From the NCBI GenBank assembly GCA_044349575.1, contig JBIKQS010000001.1, positions 1-40,029 of the forward strand: 40,029 bases of DNA, given 5' to 3'. The notes under the pieces were generated by a model. The model was not told the origin of the DNA. It saw nothing but the letters and a program-made list of their open reading frames with translations, and did not search any database. Positions 9,700-19,365 of this stretch are shown here, in pieces. Within the stretch, counting starts at the first letter, position 1; each line of letters opens with the position of its first letter. This DNA is from Crocinitomicaceae bacterium (GTDB lineage Bacteria > Bacteroidota > Bacteroidia > Flavobacteriales_D > Crocinitomicaceae). The position numbers were made by a program, and so were the translations under genes.

Positions 9700-11037
9700 T
9701 TAAAACTCAAATGTTTCCATAAATTTAGTAGTGAAATTTCCTTTTTTGAAATCTTCGTTTTCCATTAATTTCTGATGAAAAGGAATCGTAGTTTTTACTC
9801 CTTCAATGATGTATTCATCCAGTGCACGCTTCATTTTAAGGATTGCTTCCTCACGTGTTTGTGCAACAACAATAAGTTTTGAAATCATTGAATCGTAATT
9901 TGGCGGAATCGTATATCCGGAATACACGTGAGCATCAATTCTTACTCCGTGCCCACCAGGACAATGGTATTCAGTTATTTTACCCGGCGAAGGACGAAAA
10001 TCAGCATAAGGATCCTCAGCATTAATTCTGCATTGGATAGCGTGGCGCATTACGGGAATGTAATTTTTTCCAGAAATTTTTTCTCCTGCAGCAATTTTAA
10101 TTTGTTCTTTTATCAAATCAAAATTTATAACTTCTTCGGTAATGGTATGTTCAACTTGAATACGTGTGTTCATTTCCATGAAATAGAAATCACGATTTTT
10201 GTCAACCAAAAACTCTACTGTTCCAACTCCTTCATATTTTACTGCTTTAGCCGCTTTGATGGCTGCTTTACCCATTTTTTCGCGAAGTTCGTCTGTCATA
10301 AACGGGGAAGGTGTTTCTTCCACTAATTTTTGATGACGTCTTTGAATGGAACAATCTCTTTCGGAAAGGTGACAAGCATTACCGTATTGATCACCAGCAA
10401 TTTGAATTTCAATGTGGCGTGGTTCCTCAATAAATTTCTCCATGTAAATGCCATCATTTCCAAAAGCAGCTGCGGCTTCTTGACGAGCAGAATCCCATGC
10501 CGCCTCAATGTCTTCTTCTTTCCAAACGATACGCATTCCTTTACCTCCACCACCTGCAGTAGCTTTTAGAATTACGGGATATTTAATTTCTTTAGCAGTT
10601 TTTATCGCATCATCTATATCTTTCAATAGGCCTTTTGAGCCGGGAATACATGGCACACCTGCTTTAATCATCGTTGCTTTAGCAGTAGCCTTGTCTCCCA
10701 TGCCAGCAATTTGCTCGGGTAGGGCTCCGATAAATTTGATACCATGTTCTTGACAAACCTTGGAAAACTTTTCATTTTCAGACAAGAAACCATAACCTGG
10801 GTGAATAGCATCAGCATTGGTTATTTCTGCTGCCGATATAATGTTTGGAATAGACAAATATGATTTTGAACTCACCGGAGGACCTATACAAACCGCTTCG
10901 TCTGCAAAGCGCACAGGCAAACTATCTTTATCAGCTGTAGAATAAACGGCAACTGTTTTTATTCCCATTTCTTTACATGTCCTAATAACGCGTAAGGCAA
11001 TTTCTCCGCGGTTGGCGACTAATATTTTTTTAAACAT
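9700..11037 (-). CDS. accC: Acetyl-CoA carboxylase biotin carboxylase subunit
   Basis: 445 aa. [29 protein letters not shown]-grasp GGGGKGMR and [10 protein letters not shown] motifs. Confidence 0.97.
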   Translation of the reverse strand: MFKKILVANRGEIALRVIRTCKEMGIKTVAVYSTADKDSLPVRFADEAVCIGPPVSSKSYLSIPNIISAAEITNADAIHPGYGFLSENEKFSKVCQEHGIKFIGALPEQIAGMGDKATAKATMIKAGVPCIPGSKGLLKDIDDAIKTAKEIKYPVILKATAGGGGKGMRIVWKEEDIEAAWDSARQEAAAAFGNDGIYMEKFIEEPRHIEIQIAGDQYGNACHLSERDCSIQRRHQKLVEETPSPFMTDELREKMGKAAIKAAKAVKYEGVGTVEFLVDKNRDFYFMEMNTRIQVEHTITEEVINFDLIKEQIKIAAGEKISGKNYIPVMRHAIQCRINAEDPYADFRPSPGKITEYHCPGGHGVRIDAHVYSGYTIPPNYDSMISKLIVVAQTREEAILKMKRALDEYIIEGVKTTIPFHQKLMENEDFKKGNFTTKFMETFEF

Positions 11038-11052
11038 AAATTTTGGTTTAAA

Positions 11053-11538
11053 TTATGCCGGTTCAACTAAAAACAAAGGCTGATCGTATTCAACAGGTGA
11101 TGCATCATCAACCAAAACCTTAACGATTTTTCCTGATACTTCAGACTCAATTTCGTTGAATAACTTCATGGCTTCAATGATACACACTTTATCGCCTTTT
11201 TGAATTGAGCTTCCAACAGAAACAAACGCCTCTTTATCTGGACCAGACGAACGATAAAACGTTCCAATCATAGGAGATTTAACAGTAATTAGTTTAGAAT
11301 CATCTGGAGCACTTGCTGGTGCGGGAGCTTCACTAACTTGTGGAGCGGCAGCTACAGGAGCAGAAGAAATAATAGGTGAAGAAACAACTGGAGCGGATTG
11401 AACGATGATTGGTTGTTCGGAACCACGTGCCTTTTCAGCCTTGATAGTAAGTTTGAAATCTTTTTTTTCGATTTCTACTTCAGTTAACCCAGATTTTGAA
11501 ACTAACTTAATTAAATCTTGTATCTCATTTAAATTCAT
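11053..11538 (-). CDS. accB: Biotin carboxyl carrier protein
   Basis: 161 aa. Ala/Pro-rich linker and biotinylation motif CIIEAMKLFNEI. Confidence 0.95.
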   Translation of the reverse strand: MNLNEIQDLIKLVSKSGLTEVEIEKKDFKLTIKAEKARGSEQPIIVQSAPVVSSPIISSAPVAAAPQVSEAPAPASAPDDSKLITVKSPMIGTFYRSSGPDKEAFVSVGSSIQKGDKVCIIEAMKLFNEIESEVSGKIVKVLVDDASPVEYDQPLFLVEPA

Positions 11539-11561
11539 AACACAATTTTTTGTAAATATAA

Positions 11562-12554
11562 TTATTTTGGATTATACGCCCACTTTAAATAAACAGATCC
11601 CCAGGTAAAACCACCACCAAATGCTGATAAAATCAAGGTGTCTCCTTTGCTAAGTTGATTTTCATAATCCCACAAGCATAAAGGAAGTGTTCCGGCCGTG
11701 GTATTTCCATATTTTTGGATGTTAATCATGACTTTTTCCTTTGGTAGTCCCATGCGATCTGCCGTTGCATCAATTATTCTCAAATTTGCCTGGTGTGGAA
11801 CCAACCAATCAACATCCTCACTTTTGAGGTTGTTTTTTTCCATGATTTCAGCTGAAACTTCAGCCATATTGGTCACCGCAAATTTGAAAACTTGTTTACC
11901 CTCTTGTTTCACATAATGCATTCTATTTTCAATCGTTTCGATAGACGGCGGATTAGCAGATCCTCCGGCAGGTTGAATCAGGTATTGTCTTCCTGAACCA
12001 TCACTTCTCAAAATAAAATCGATCACTCCTAATCCCTCTTCGTTTGGCTCTAGTAGAACAGCCCCTGCACCATCTCCAAAAATCACACAAGTTGTTCGAT
12101 CTTCATAATCTAAAATAGAGGTCATTTTATCAACACCAACTACAACTACTTTTTTGTATTTCCCGGTTTCAATAAATTGAGCTCCAGTTGATAATGCATA
12201 GATGAAACCTGAACAAGCCGCAATGAGGTCAAATCCCCAAGCGTTAACCATTCCTGTTTTATCGCAGAGTACATTCGCCGTACTTGGAAAAGGATAATCA
12301 GGTGTTACGGTTGCTAAAACAACCAAATCAATTTCTTCAGGAGCAGTATTTGTTTTTGCGAGCAATCCTTTTACTGCTTCAGCCGCTAAATCAGAGGATG
12401 CGCCATCACGCAATATTCTTCTTTCTTTAATTCCGGTTCGAGAGGTAATCCATTCATCAGAAGTGTCAACAATCTTGGCTAAATCTTCATTTGATAATAC
12501 CTCCTCAGGAACGAATCCTTGAACTCCTGTAATTGCAGCAGTAATTTTTTTCAT
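11562..12554 (-). CDS. fabH: 3-oxoacyl-ACP synthase III
   Basis: 330 aa. Active-site AACSGF, HQANLRI and GNTTAGT motifs. Confidence 0.95.
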   Translation of the reverse strand: MKKITAAITGVQGFVPEEVLSNEDLAKIVDTSDEWITSRTGIKERRILRDGASSDLAAEAVKGLLAKTNTAPEEIDLVVLATVTPDYPFPSTANVLCDKTGMVNAWGFDLIAACSGFIYALSTGAQFIETGKYKKVVVVGVDKMTSILDYEDRTTCVIFGDGAGAVLLEPNEEGLGVIDFILRSDGSGRQYLIQPAGGSANPPSIETIENRMHYVKQEGKQVFKFAVTNMAEVSAEIMEKNNLKSEDVDWLVPHQANLRIIDATADRMGLPKEKVMINIQKYGNTTAGTLPLCLWDYENQLSKGDTLILSAFGGGFTWGSVYLKWAYNPK

Positions 12555-13495
12555 TAACTATTAAAAGCTTGATTAAGTTTTTCAGATAATTGAGAATGGG
12601 CCACTTCGAAAGAATGCAAAATCATATTTTTTACGGCGATATTGTTGGAAATTCCGTGTCCAATGATTACATTTCCCTTTACACCCAAAATAGGTGTCCC
12701 GCCATAGTTCTCGTAATTAAATCGATCAAAATATTCGTCTCTAATTCCTCTTTTTCGCATTAAGGTATAAATCCCTTCTGCCTCTTTAAGAACGATATTT
12801 CCTGTGTATCCATCACAAACAATAACATCTGCTTTACCCATGAAAATATCTCGTCCTTCTAGGTTGCCAATAAAATTGATTTCATCAGATTTTGCGAGCA
12901 TACCGTGTGCGGCAATTGTCAACAAATTACCTTTTGTTTCCTCTTCACCAATGTTTAAAAGGGCAACCTTAGGGTTTTCAACGCCATAAACAGATTTTGA
13001 ATAGAGAGAGCCTAATACGGCAAATTGATATAAAACGTCTACTTTACAATCTGCATTGGAACCTACATCTAGTAAAATAGTTTTAGATCCATCAATTGCG
13101 GGCAAGGTTGATGTTATACAAGGTCTAATTACCCCTGGAATAGTATTGAGTTTGTAAATTGAACCTACCAGCATTGCCCCCGTATTTCCTGTGCTAGCAA
13201 ATACATCCAACTCGTTTTTAACAAGTAAATCAAAACCAACTGAAATTGAACTGTTTGGTTTTTGTGGAATTGCTCTGGTTGGGTGGTCGTGCATGGTGAT
13301 TACATCAGGCGCATGAACAATTTCAACCCTATTTGGGTCAATGTTAAATCTTACAAGTGATGATTCAATTTGTTCTTTATCGCCTAACAAAACGAGTTTT
13401 ACATCCTCTGGCAATTCTTTTAATGCCAAAGAAGCCCCATCGATATTAACATCGGGGGCAAAATCACCGCCTAAAACATCAATTCCGATTTTCAT
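12554..13495 (-). CDS. plsX: Phosphate acyltransferase
   Basis: 313 aa. [14 protein letters not shown] and STGNTGA motifs. 1-nt overlap with the fabH start. Confidence 0.93.
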   Translation of the reverse strand: MKIGIDVLGGDFAPDVNIDGASLALKELPEDVKLVLLGDKEQIESSLVRFNIDPNRVEIVHAPDVITMHDHPTRAIPQKPNSSISVGFDLLVKNELDVFASTGNTGAMLVGSIYKLNTIPGVIRPCITSTLPAIDGSKTILLDVGSNADCKVDVLYQFAVLGSLYSKSVYGVENPKVALLNIGEEETKGNLLTIAAHGMLAKSDEINFIGNLEGRDIFMGKADVIVCDGYTGNIVLKEAEGIYTLMRKRGIRDEYFDRFNYENYGGTPILGVKGNVIIGHGISNNIAVKNMILHSFEVAHSQLSEKLNQAFNS

Positions 13496-13517
13496 TTGCG
13501 GAATTTATTTAGGCAAA

Positions 13518-13709
13518 TTAAACTGCAACTTCTTTTTCAGCTACTACCTTTCCTTTGTAGTATAATTTTCCTTCATGCCAGTGAGCATGGTGGAATAAAT
13601 GAGGTTGGCCTGTTGTTGGACAAGTTGCGATGTTATTAGCAACAGCATTCTTGTGAGTTCTCCTTTTGTCTCTTCGCGTGGTGGAAGTTCTACGTTTAGG
13701 ATGTGCCAT
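13518..13709 (-). CDS. rpmF: 50S ribosomal protein L32
   Basis: [19 protein letters not shown] is the canonical L32 N-terminus. I use the internal Met at 13709; the track start at 13754 adds 15 aa and overlaps the upstream gene. Confidence 0.9.
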   Translation of the reverse strand: MAHPKRRTSTTRRDKRRTHKNAVANNIATCPTTGQPHLFHHAHWHEGKLYYKGKVVAEKEVAV

Positions 13710-13726
13710 AATTATATATTTTAATT

Positions 13727-14242
13727 TTAATTCAAATTTTTTAATGCAGACCAACGCGGGTCTATATCATCGTCTTTTGTTTCTTCGTTTTTTGAAGAAA
13801 GATATTTATTCAAAGCTTCTATCATTTCCTGATTACATTCACCGTCTTTGTGAACAATACGTGGCGGTAGTGAAACAGAAATAAATTCATAAAGTGGTTG
13901 TGTTATATCAATTTGGTAACTGTCCGGATGAATAACCAGAAGGGTTTCATCATCTATTTCCTCTAGTCCATACTTATATATCAATTGATAGTTACTGTCG
14001 ATATTGAAATCAACAGGATCTGTACACAAGTTACATTCAGCTTCTACGGTTCCTTTTAAGTTAAAGAGTAATATTAGCATAGACTCTTTTTTTTCAAGGT
14101 TTATAGAAACGTGAATAGCACCTTTCTGAATCAATGAATAATCTAATTCTTCAAAGAACGAATCATCTATTTCAAAATCAAATAGATGGTTCCCAATTTT
14201 TAATCCTGCAAAGGGAATAGTGTAATCGGATTTTCTCTTCAT
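13727..14242 (-). CDS. YceD/DUF177 family protein
   Basis: 171 aa, acidic, with CNLCTDP ... HKDGEC cysteine pairs. Conserved position directly upstream of rpmF-plsX. Confidence 0.8.
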   Translation of the reverse strand: MKRKSDYTIPFAGLKIGNHLFDFEIDDSFFEELDYSLIQKGAIHVSINLEKKESMLILLFNLKGTVEAECNLCTDPVDFNIDSNYQLIYKYGLEEIDDETLLVIHPDSYQIDITQPLYEFISVSLPPRIVHKDGECNQEMIEALNKYLSSKNEETKDDDIDPRWSALKNLN

Positions 14243-14333
14243 AATTCCTCACAGTTAAAAACGGGAGGGCAAAGGTAAGAAAATTCATTGTAATCCAAAA
14301 AAATAGTTACAAATAACTAGAAGTTTTATCAAA

Positions 14334-15425
14334 CTAATGGTCGCGTTCGCTTCTATCTCCCTCTAGTTTTCTAACTAAAAGTGGATTCAAATTGATTTCC
14401 TTAATGAATTTTCTGCTTTTTAAAATGTCGCAAGCAGCGTAGATGGCAGAGCGAATGGAATGTTCAGAGGCTTCGTTTTTTCCAGCTATATCATACGCCG
14501 TTCCATGATCAGGTGAGGTGCGAACTATCGGCAATCCGGCAGTAAAGTTTACGCCATCCTCAAAAGCAATTGCTTTAAAAGCAGCTAATCCTTGATCGTG
14601 ATACATGGCCAAAACACCGTCAAATTGATGTCGGAGAGTTGATCCAAAAAACCCATCTGCAGCGTAAGGACCGAAAACGAACTTTCCTTCATTTTTAGAA
14701 GCTTGAATAGCTGGGAATATTACTTCCTTTTCTTCTTGACCTAGTTTTCCGTTTTCACCTGCGTGTGGATTTAATCCTAATACAGCGATACGAGGTTTTA
14801 CAATTGAAAAGTCTTTTTTGAGTGAATCTTCAAATTGCTGAATTTTTCGAATAATTTTATCCTTAGTTATTGCTTGCGACACCTCCTTTAGTGGTACGTG
14901 TACAGTTACTAACGCAACACGCAAAGCGCCAGCCATTAAAATCATGAGAGCTTCTTCTACACCAGCCATTTCGGCTAAGTACTCGGTGTGACCAGAAAAT
15001 TTAAAACCCGACTTTGTAACTTCATCCTTTGAAAATGGAGCGGTAACTAGTACATCTATTTTACCGTCTGCCAAATCTTGTGATGCTTTTTCTAGCGATT
15101 GAATCGCATATTTTCCTGAATCTGAATTTGGAACACCAGGGGTTATTTGAACTTCATCATTCCATACGTTCAAAACGTTTATTTTTCGATTTTGAATTTC
15201 TTTCGCTTCGCGAATGGTTAGGTAGTTAAACTCAGCATCATTCAATTGTTTTTTGTAATAAGAAATAACTTTGGATGAGCCATATATAACAGGCGTTAAA
15301 TCAAGTAAAATTCTCGGGTCTTTCAGCGCCTTAATAATAATTTCAGGACCAATACCGTTTATATCTCCAATCGTAATCCCAACCCTGATAGGATTCGGGT
15401 TTCCAACTTCCTTCTCTTTCTCCAT
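14334..15425 (-). CDS. pdxA: 4-hydroxythreonine-4-phosphate dehydrogenase
   Basis: 363 aa. GDINGIGPEI, GHTEYLA, YHDQGL and RTSPDHGTA motifs. Confidence 0.92.
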   Translation of the reverse strand: MEKEKEVGNPNPIRVGITIGDINGIGPEIIIKALKDPRILLDLTPVIYGSSKVISYYKKQLNDAEFNYLTIREAKEIQNRKINVLNVWNDEVQITPGVPNSDSGKYAIQSLEKASQDLADGKIDVLVTAPFSKDEVTKSGFKFSGHTEYLAEMAGVEEALMILMAGALRVALVTVHVPLKEVSQAITKDKIIRKIQQFEDSLKKDFSIVKPRIAVLGLNPHAGENGKLGQEEKEVIFPAIQASKNEGKFVFGPYAADGFFGSTLRHQFDGVLAMYHDQGLAAFKAIAFEDGVNFTAGLPIVRTSPDHGTAYDIAGKNEASEHSIRSAIYAACDILKSRKFIKEINLNPLLVRKLEGDRSERDH

Positions 15426-16828
15426 TAGTTTGTTCTATTTTTCAAAAATTGGTACAACAGTCTTACACCTGAACCCGTTCCTCCTTTGGTGCGATAGTCT
15501 TCTTTGGAATCGAGCCATGTAGGTCCGGCAACATCCATATGAATGTAAGGAGATTTAACAAAATGTTCCAAAAATTTTCCGGCTGTTATCATACCGGCAT
15601 TACCTCCACCAATATTTTTTAAATCTGCAATTGATGATTTCATTTCTTTCAAATATTCATCCCAGAAAGGAAAACGCACCACACGCTCGTGCACTTCATT
15701 TCCCGCGTCTTCTAATTCTTTAAAATACTTGTCGTCTGCATTTCCCATTATAATGCTTGCGTGGGTTCCAATGGCACGAACTGCCGCTCCTGTAAGCGTT
15801 GCGGCGTCTATAACTACTTCCGGCTTATACTTATCTGAATACGCTAAGGCATCGGCCAAAATCAATCGTCCTTCGGCATCTGTATTAAGTACCTCAACGG
15901 TAGTTCCGTTGTGCATGGTAAGGATATCTCCAGGCGTGTAAGCATCCATTCCTGGGCGATTATCTGTAGCTGGAATCAATACTACCAAATGAATTTTCAA
16001 TTTTTGTAAAGCTGCTAAATAAATTGTTCCCGCCATTGCAGCCGCCCCTGCCATATCACTTTTCATACAATCCATTGAACCGGGCGTGGGTTTCAAACTT
16101 AATCCACCTGTATCGTAAACAACGCCTTTGCCTACAAGAACAATGGGTTTTTTATTTACTGCTTTAGGATGTTTATATTCGGCTATGGTAAAGGTTGGTG
16201 GATCCATTGAACCCCGGTTAACACCTAACAAACCGCCCATTTTCAAGGCTTCAATTTGTGCTTTGTGTAGAACATTAACAGAAAACCCAGCTTCCTCTCC
16301 CGCGTTTGAAATTTCTTCTGCCAATTTTACCGCAGTAAGATAAGAGACAGGTTCATTTACCAGATCACGCGTCCAATAAACTACTTTACAGGTATTCCAA
16401 ACTTCTGTAAGTTTTAAGTCGTCGATTTCATCTGATACGATGATTTCTGATAGTTTATTTTTGCTTTCAGATTCTTTCGAAAAATACTTGGTGAATTTAT
16501 AGTTTGCTAAAACCAACCCTTCTATAAATGTTAGTATTGTTTTTTCTGCACCGCTGATTTGTATTTTCTCCAGTTTTTGTCCTATGAGTTGTTGAATTAA
16601 CGAACCCGCAACGCGCAATTGCTCATCACTTTGATCACTATAAACAGCAAACGCATAGTAATCACCATTTTTGATAAAATCAAATTTTTCCTTTGAAGTG
16701 GAAATTTTCTCTAAATCGCTTTCAGAAAAAGAACCAACGGTTAACTTGTTTTTAACATCCTTTTTCGAAAAAAGGTAAATAGTGGATGTTTCGTTCTGAA
16801 AAAATTGGCATTGGGAAATTTGTATCAT
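15425..16828 (-). CDS. pepA: Leucyl aminopeptidase, M17 family
   Basis: 467 aa. VGKGVVYDTGGLSLKP and NTDAEGRLILADAL motifs. Confidence 0.9.
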   Translation of the reverse strand: MIQISQCQFFQNETSTIYLFSKKDVKNKLTVGSFSESDLEKISTSKEKFDFIKNGDYYAFAVYSDQSDEQLRVAGSLIQQLIGQKLEKIQISGAEKTILTFIEGLVLANYKFTKYFSKESESKNKLSEIIVSDEIDDLKLTEVWNTCKVVYWTRDLVNEPVSYLTAVKLAEEISNAGEEAGFSVNVLHKAQIEALKMGGLLGVNRGSMDPPTFTIAEYKHPKAVNKKPIVLVGKGVVYDTGGLSLKPTPGSMDCMKSDMAGAAAMAGTIYLAALQKLKIHLVVLIPATDNRPGMDAYTPGDILTMHNGTTVEVLNTDAEGRLILADALAYSDKYKPEVVIDAATLTGAAVRAIGTHASIIMGNADDKYFKELEDAGNEVHERVVRFPFWDEYLKEMKSSIADLKNIGGGNAGMITAGKFLEHFVKSPYIHMDVAGPTWLDSKEDYRTKGGTGSGVRLLYQFLKNRTN

Positions 16829-16859
16829 AGAACTGTTTTTACAAAAGTAACAAAGAAAT

Positions 16860-17906
16860 TCAACCTTTATTGCGAAATTGTGAGAGGTTCTCTGCTAAAA
16901 ATCGATCTATCAAACGCGGCAAAGGAAAGTTCATGAGTTCATTAAGCGGAATCTCTACTGTATTATCACATGTAAAGTGTTCTTTATTTGGACTCAGTAC
17001 AAATTGTGCATGTAAATGTTGGTGTGATAAAACGTGTTTGTAAACAGAAAAAATCTTGTCAATTGAATCTTTGTTTGAACTACAGAATTCGTTCATTTTA
17101 TCCTGGCTATCAAATTCAATCTTTGGAAATTCAAACATGTTTTTCCAAATGTCATTTTCTGTTTTTTGTCTTAGAAATATCGTTTCTTTTTCAGGGTCTA
17201 TGTTCACATGATAAAGAAAATATCTATTTCTAATTTTTATTTTACTTTTTTTAATTGGAAGCAATGAAATTTTGTTGTTTTTATGGGCTTCGCAATATAT
17301 TAGTAATGGACAAATTTGGCAATTTGGTTTACCAGGAACACATTGTAGCGCTCCAAATTCCATGATCGCTTGGTTAAAAAGTGCAGGTTGATGCTTGGGT
17401 AGTAATTCATTGGCTAAATAGGCAAATTGTTTTTTGCCTTCAGTGGAGTCAATGGGGGTTTCTATGTTGAAAATCCGACTCAAAACACGATAAACATTTC
17501 CATCAACTACTGCATGTGGCTTATCAAAGGCGAATGAAGCAATGGCAGACGCAGTATAATCACCAATTCCTTTGAGTTGAAGTATTTTTTCATAACTATT
17601 TGGGAAAATTCCAGAGAATTCATGAGTGATAACTTTTGCTGTTGCGTGCAGATTTCTAGCTCGCGAATAATAGCCTAGCCCTTGCCAAGTCGTCAAAACA
17701 TCTTGTTCGTTGGCCGCTGCCAAATCTTGAATCGTTGGGTATTTCCCCACAAATTTCTCGTAGTAAGACATCCCCTGGATAACTCTTGTCTGTTGCAGTA
17801 TAATTTCACTTAGCCAAATAAAATAAGGGTTTTGGGTTCTTCGCCACGGAAGATCTCTTTTATTTGCTTTATACCATTCAATAATTACAGATTGAATTTC
17901 AGTCAT
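16860..17906 (-). CDS. mutY: A/G-specific adenine DNA glycosylase
   Basis: 348 aa. HhH-GPD (LKGIGDYTASAI), the 4Fe-4S Cys cluster C-x6-C-x2-C-x5-C (CVPGKPNCQICPLLIYC) and a C-terminal NUDIX-like domain. Confidence 0.92.
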   Translation of the reverse strand: MTEIQSVIIEWYKANKRDLPWRRTQNPYFIWLSEIILQQTRVIQGMSYYEKFVGKYPTIQDLAAANEQDVLTTWQGLGYYSRARNLHATAKVITHEFSGIFPNSYEKILQLKGIGDYTASAIASFAFDKPHAVVDGNVYRVLSRIFNIETPIDSTEGKKQFAYLANELLPKHQPALFNQAIMEFGALQCVPGKPNCQICPLLIYCEAHKNNKISLLPIKKSKIKIRNRYFLYHVNIDPEKETIFLRQKTENDIWKNMFEFPKIEFDSQDKMNEFCSSNKDSIDKIFSVYKHVLSHQHLHAQFVLSPNKEHFTCDNTVEIPLNELMNFPLPRLIDRFLAENLSQFRNKG

Positions 17907-17963
17907 TTAAAATATTTATGAAAAAAAATCTAACAAAAACGTATTTATAATGTTTATGGTAAC

Positions 17964-17971
17964 TAAATTTG
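17964..17971 (+). promoter_or_regulatory. Possible -7 box (TAAATTTG) for hup
   Basis: Matches TAnnTTTG, with the box ending 42 nt upstream of the ATG at 18014. I could not find a clean -33 TTTG at the canonical spacing. Confidence 0.3.
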
Positions 17972-18013
17972 CATCACAAAATTACTATTATTAAACTCTT
18001 AAAATAACAAATT

Positions 18014-18295
18014 ATGACTAAAGCAGATGTTGTAAATGAGATTGTTCATGAAACAGGATTGGACAAAAATGAGGCATTGAAGGCTGTCGAAGCTTTTATG
18101 AATTCGATTAAAGGTTCTTTATCCAAAGGGCAAAACGTATACTTGAGAGGCTTTGGAAGTTTCATTGTTAAGGAAAGAGCTGAAAAAACAGGAAGAAATA
18201 TTTCAAAAAATACTACAATTATAATCCCCGCTCACAAAATCCCTTCTTTCAAACCTGCAAAAACGTTTGTTGAAGAGGTTAAATCAAAAGCATAG
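18014..18295 (+). CDS. hup: HU family DNA-binding protein
   Basis: 93 aa. LRGFGSF...R..RNP-like arm (GRNISKNTTIIIPAHKIPSFKP). Confidence 0.92.
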   Translation: MTKADVVNEIVHETGLDKNEALKAVEAFMNSIKGSLSKGQNVYLRGFGSFIVKERAEKTGRNISKNTTIIIPAHKIPSFKPAKTFVEEVKSKA

Positions 18296-18319
18296 TTTAT
18301 AATTTATCCATTTGATAAG

Positions 18320-18349
18320 AAATACGTTACCAAGTAACGTATTTTTTTT
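18320..18349 (+). terminator. Rho-independent terminator after hup
   Basis: Perfect 11-bp stem AAATACGTTAC / GTAACGTATTT with a 3-nt loop (CAA), running into a T tract ending at 18349. Confidence 0.75.
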
Positions 18350-18387
18350 GTTTTAATTTTTGAGCTTGGGCTTGTTTTTGTCTATTT

Positions 18388-19365
18388 TTGTTTGGAATGC
18401 ATTCAACACCCAGTATTTCTGTTGTTATTCCCAATTACAATGGAAGAGACATACTAGCAGACACTATTCGTTTTGCAATTAGAGCGCTAGAAACTAGTCA
18501 AATCCTTGATTACGAAATTATAGTTTCAGACGATGCTTCCGTTGATGATTCAATAGAAGTAGTTCACAACAATTTTCAGAATGTTATCATTGTTCGATCA
18601 ACTGTTAATACTGGCTTTGCCGGAAATGTTAATCGGGGAGTTTTTGCTTCGAATAAAGAGTTAATTCTGTTATTAAATTCTGATGTTCATTTAACTGAAG
18701 GATACTTTACGTCTTTAATTCCTATGTTTTCCAATGAAAAAATATTTGGAGTCATGGGTCTAATTAAAGATTTAAAAACCCTTGAAAATCAAGATGGTGC
18801 AAAGAGTCCAAAATTATTTTTATACAATATTGAAAGTAATAAAAATGTGATGCGTACAAATCAAATTCTACCAACATTTTTTCTTTCTGGCGCCAATGCC
18901 TTAATTCGAGCAAGTTATCTCAAAAGAATAGGGGGGTTGTGTGAATTATTCAATCCCTATTACTCTGAAGATGTGGAATTGGGAATTCGTGCTTGGCGCT
19001 TGGGTTGGGAGCTCTATTTTCAGCCGGAGGCAGTTTGCTATCATGAATTATCAACAACGATAAAGAAAATTGATTCGCAAAAAGTTCAGGTAATAGCAAA
19101 GAGAAATAAATATATTTTACACTACCTTCATTTACCACCCGGATTGAAGATGTTATATCTTTTAAATGTAACTGTAAATTCTATTTTAAAGCTTTTTATA
19201 GGGAAAAAAGTCCATTTTTTAGCTTTGTTATCCTTTTACAAAATGTATTCTGCTATTAGAATTGAATTAAAGATACGGGGTATATCTGAAGAAAATAAAT
19301 ACACCTATTCTCTATTTCAAGTTGAGAAAAAGATAAGGGGTTTCTTGGACAAAAGTAATGTTTAA
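18388..19365 (+). CDS. Glycosyltransferase family 2 protein
   Basis: 325 aa. SVVIPNYNG, VSDDASVDDS and LLNSDV motifs. The start may be the Met 3 codons downstream. Confidence 0.85.
   Translation: MFGMHSTPSISVVIPNYNGRDILADTIRFAIRALETSQILDYEIIVSDDASVDDSIEVVHNNFQNVIIVRSTVNTGFAGNVNRGVFASNKELILLLNSDVHLTEGYFTSLIPMFSNEKIFGVMGLIKDLKTLENQDGAKSPKLFLYNIESNKNVMRTNQILPTFFLSGANALIRASYLKRIGGLCELFNPYYSEDVELGIRAWRLGWELYFQPEAVCYHELSTTIKKIDSQKVQVIAKRNKYILHYLHLPPGLKMLYLLNVTVNSILKLFIGKKVHFLALLSFYKMYSAIRIELKIRGISEENKYTYSLFQVEKKIRGFLDKSNV

Noticed and set aside
9928-10753. Several 76-132 aa ORFs on both strands inside accC.
   Set aside because: They are fully nested in a very well supported conserved CDS, and their translations are low-complexity with no recognisable motifs.
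13710-13754. A 15-aa N-terminal extension of L32 in the track ORF, overlapping the DUF177 gene.
   Set aside because: L32 canonically begins MA.PK+R. The internal Met at 13709 gives that N-terminus and removes the overlap.
9700-14242. The yceD-rpmF-plsX-fabH-accB-accC run as a possible unusual cluster.
   Set aside because: yceD-rpmF-plsX-fabH is a widely conserved arrangement, and appending accBC is functionally coherent. This is ordinary housekeeping.
19362-19365. Convergent gene pairs with overlapping or nearly abutting stops (19362-19365, 23883/23886, 34906/34909), leaving no room for terminators.
   Set aside because: The pattern is real, but it is a common consequence of compact bacterial genomes. 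It does not point to a specific mechanism.
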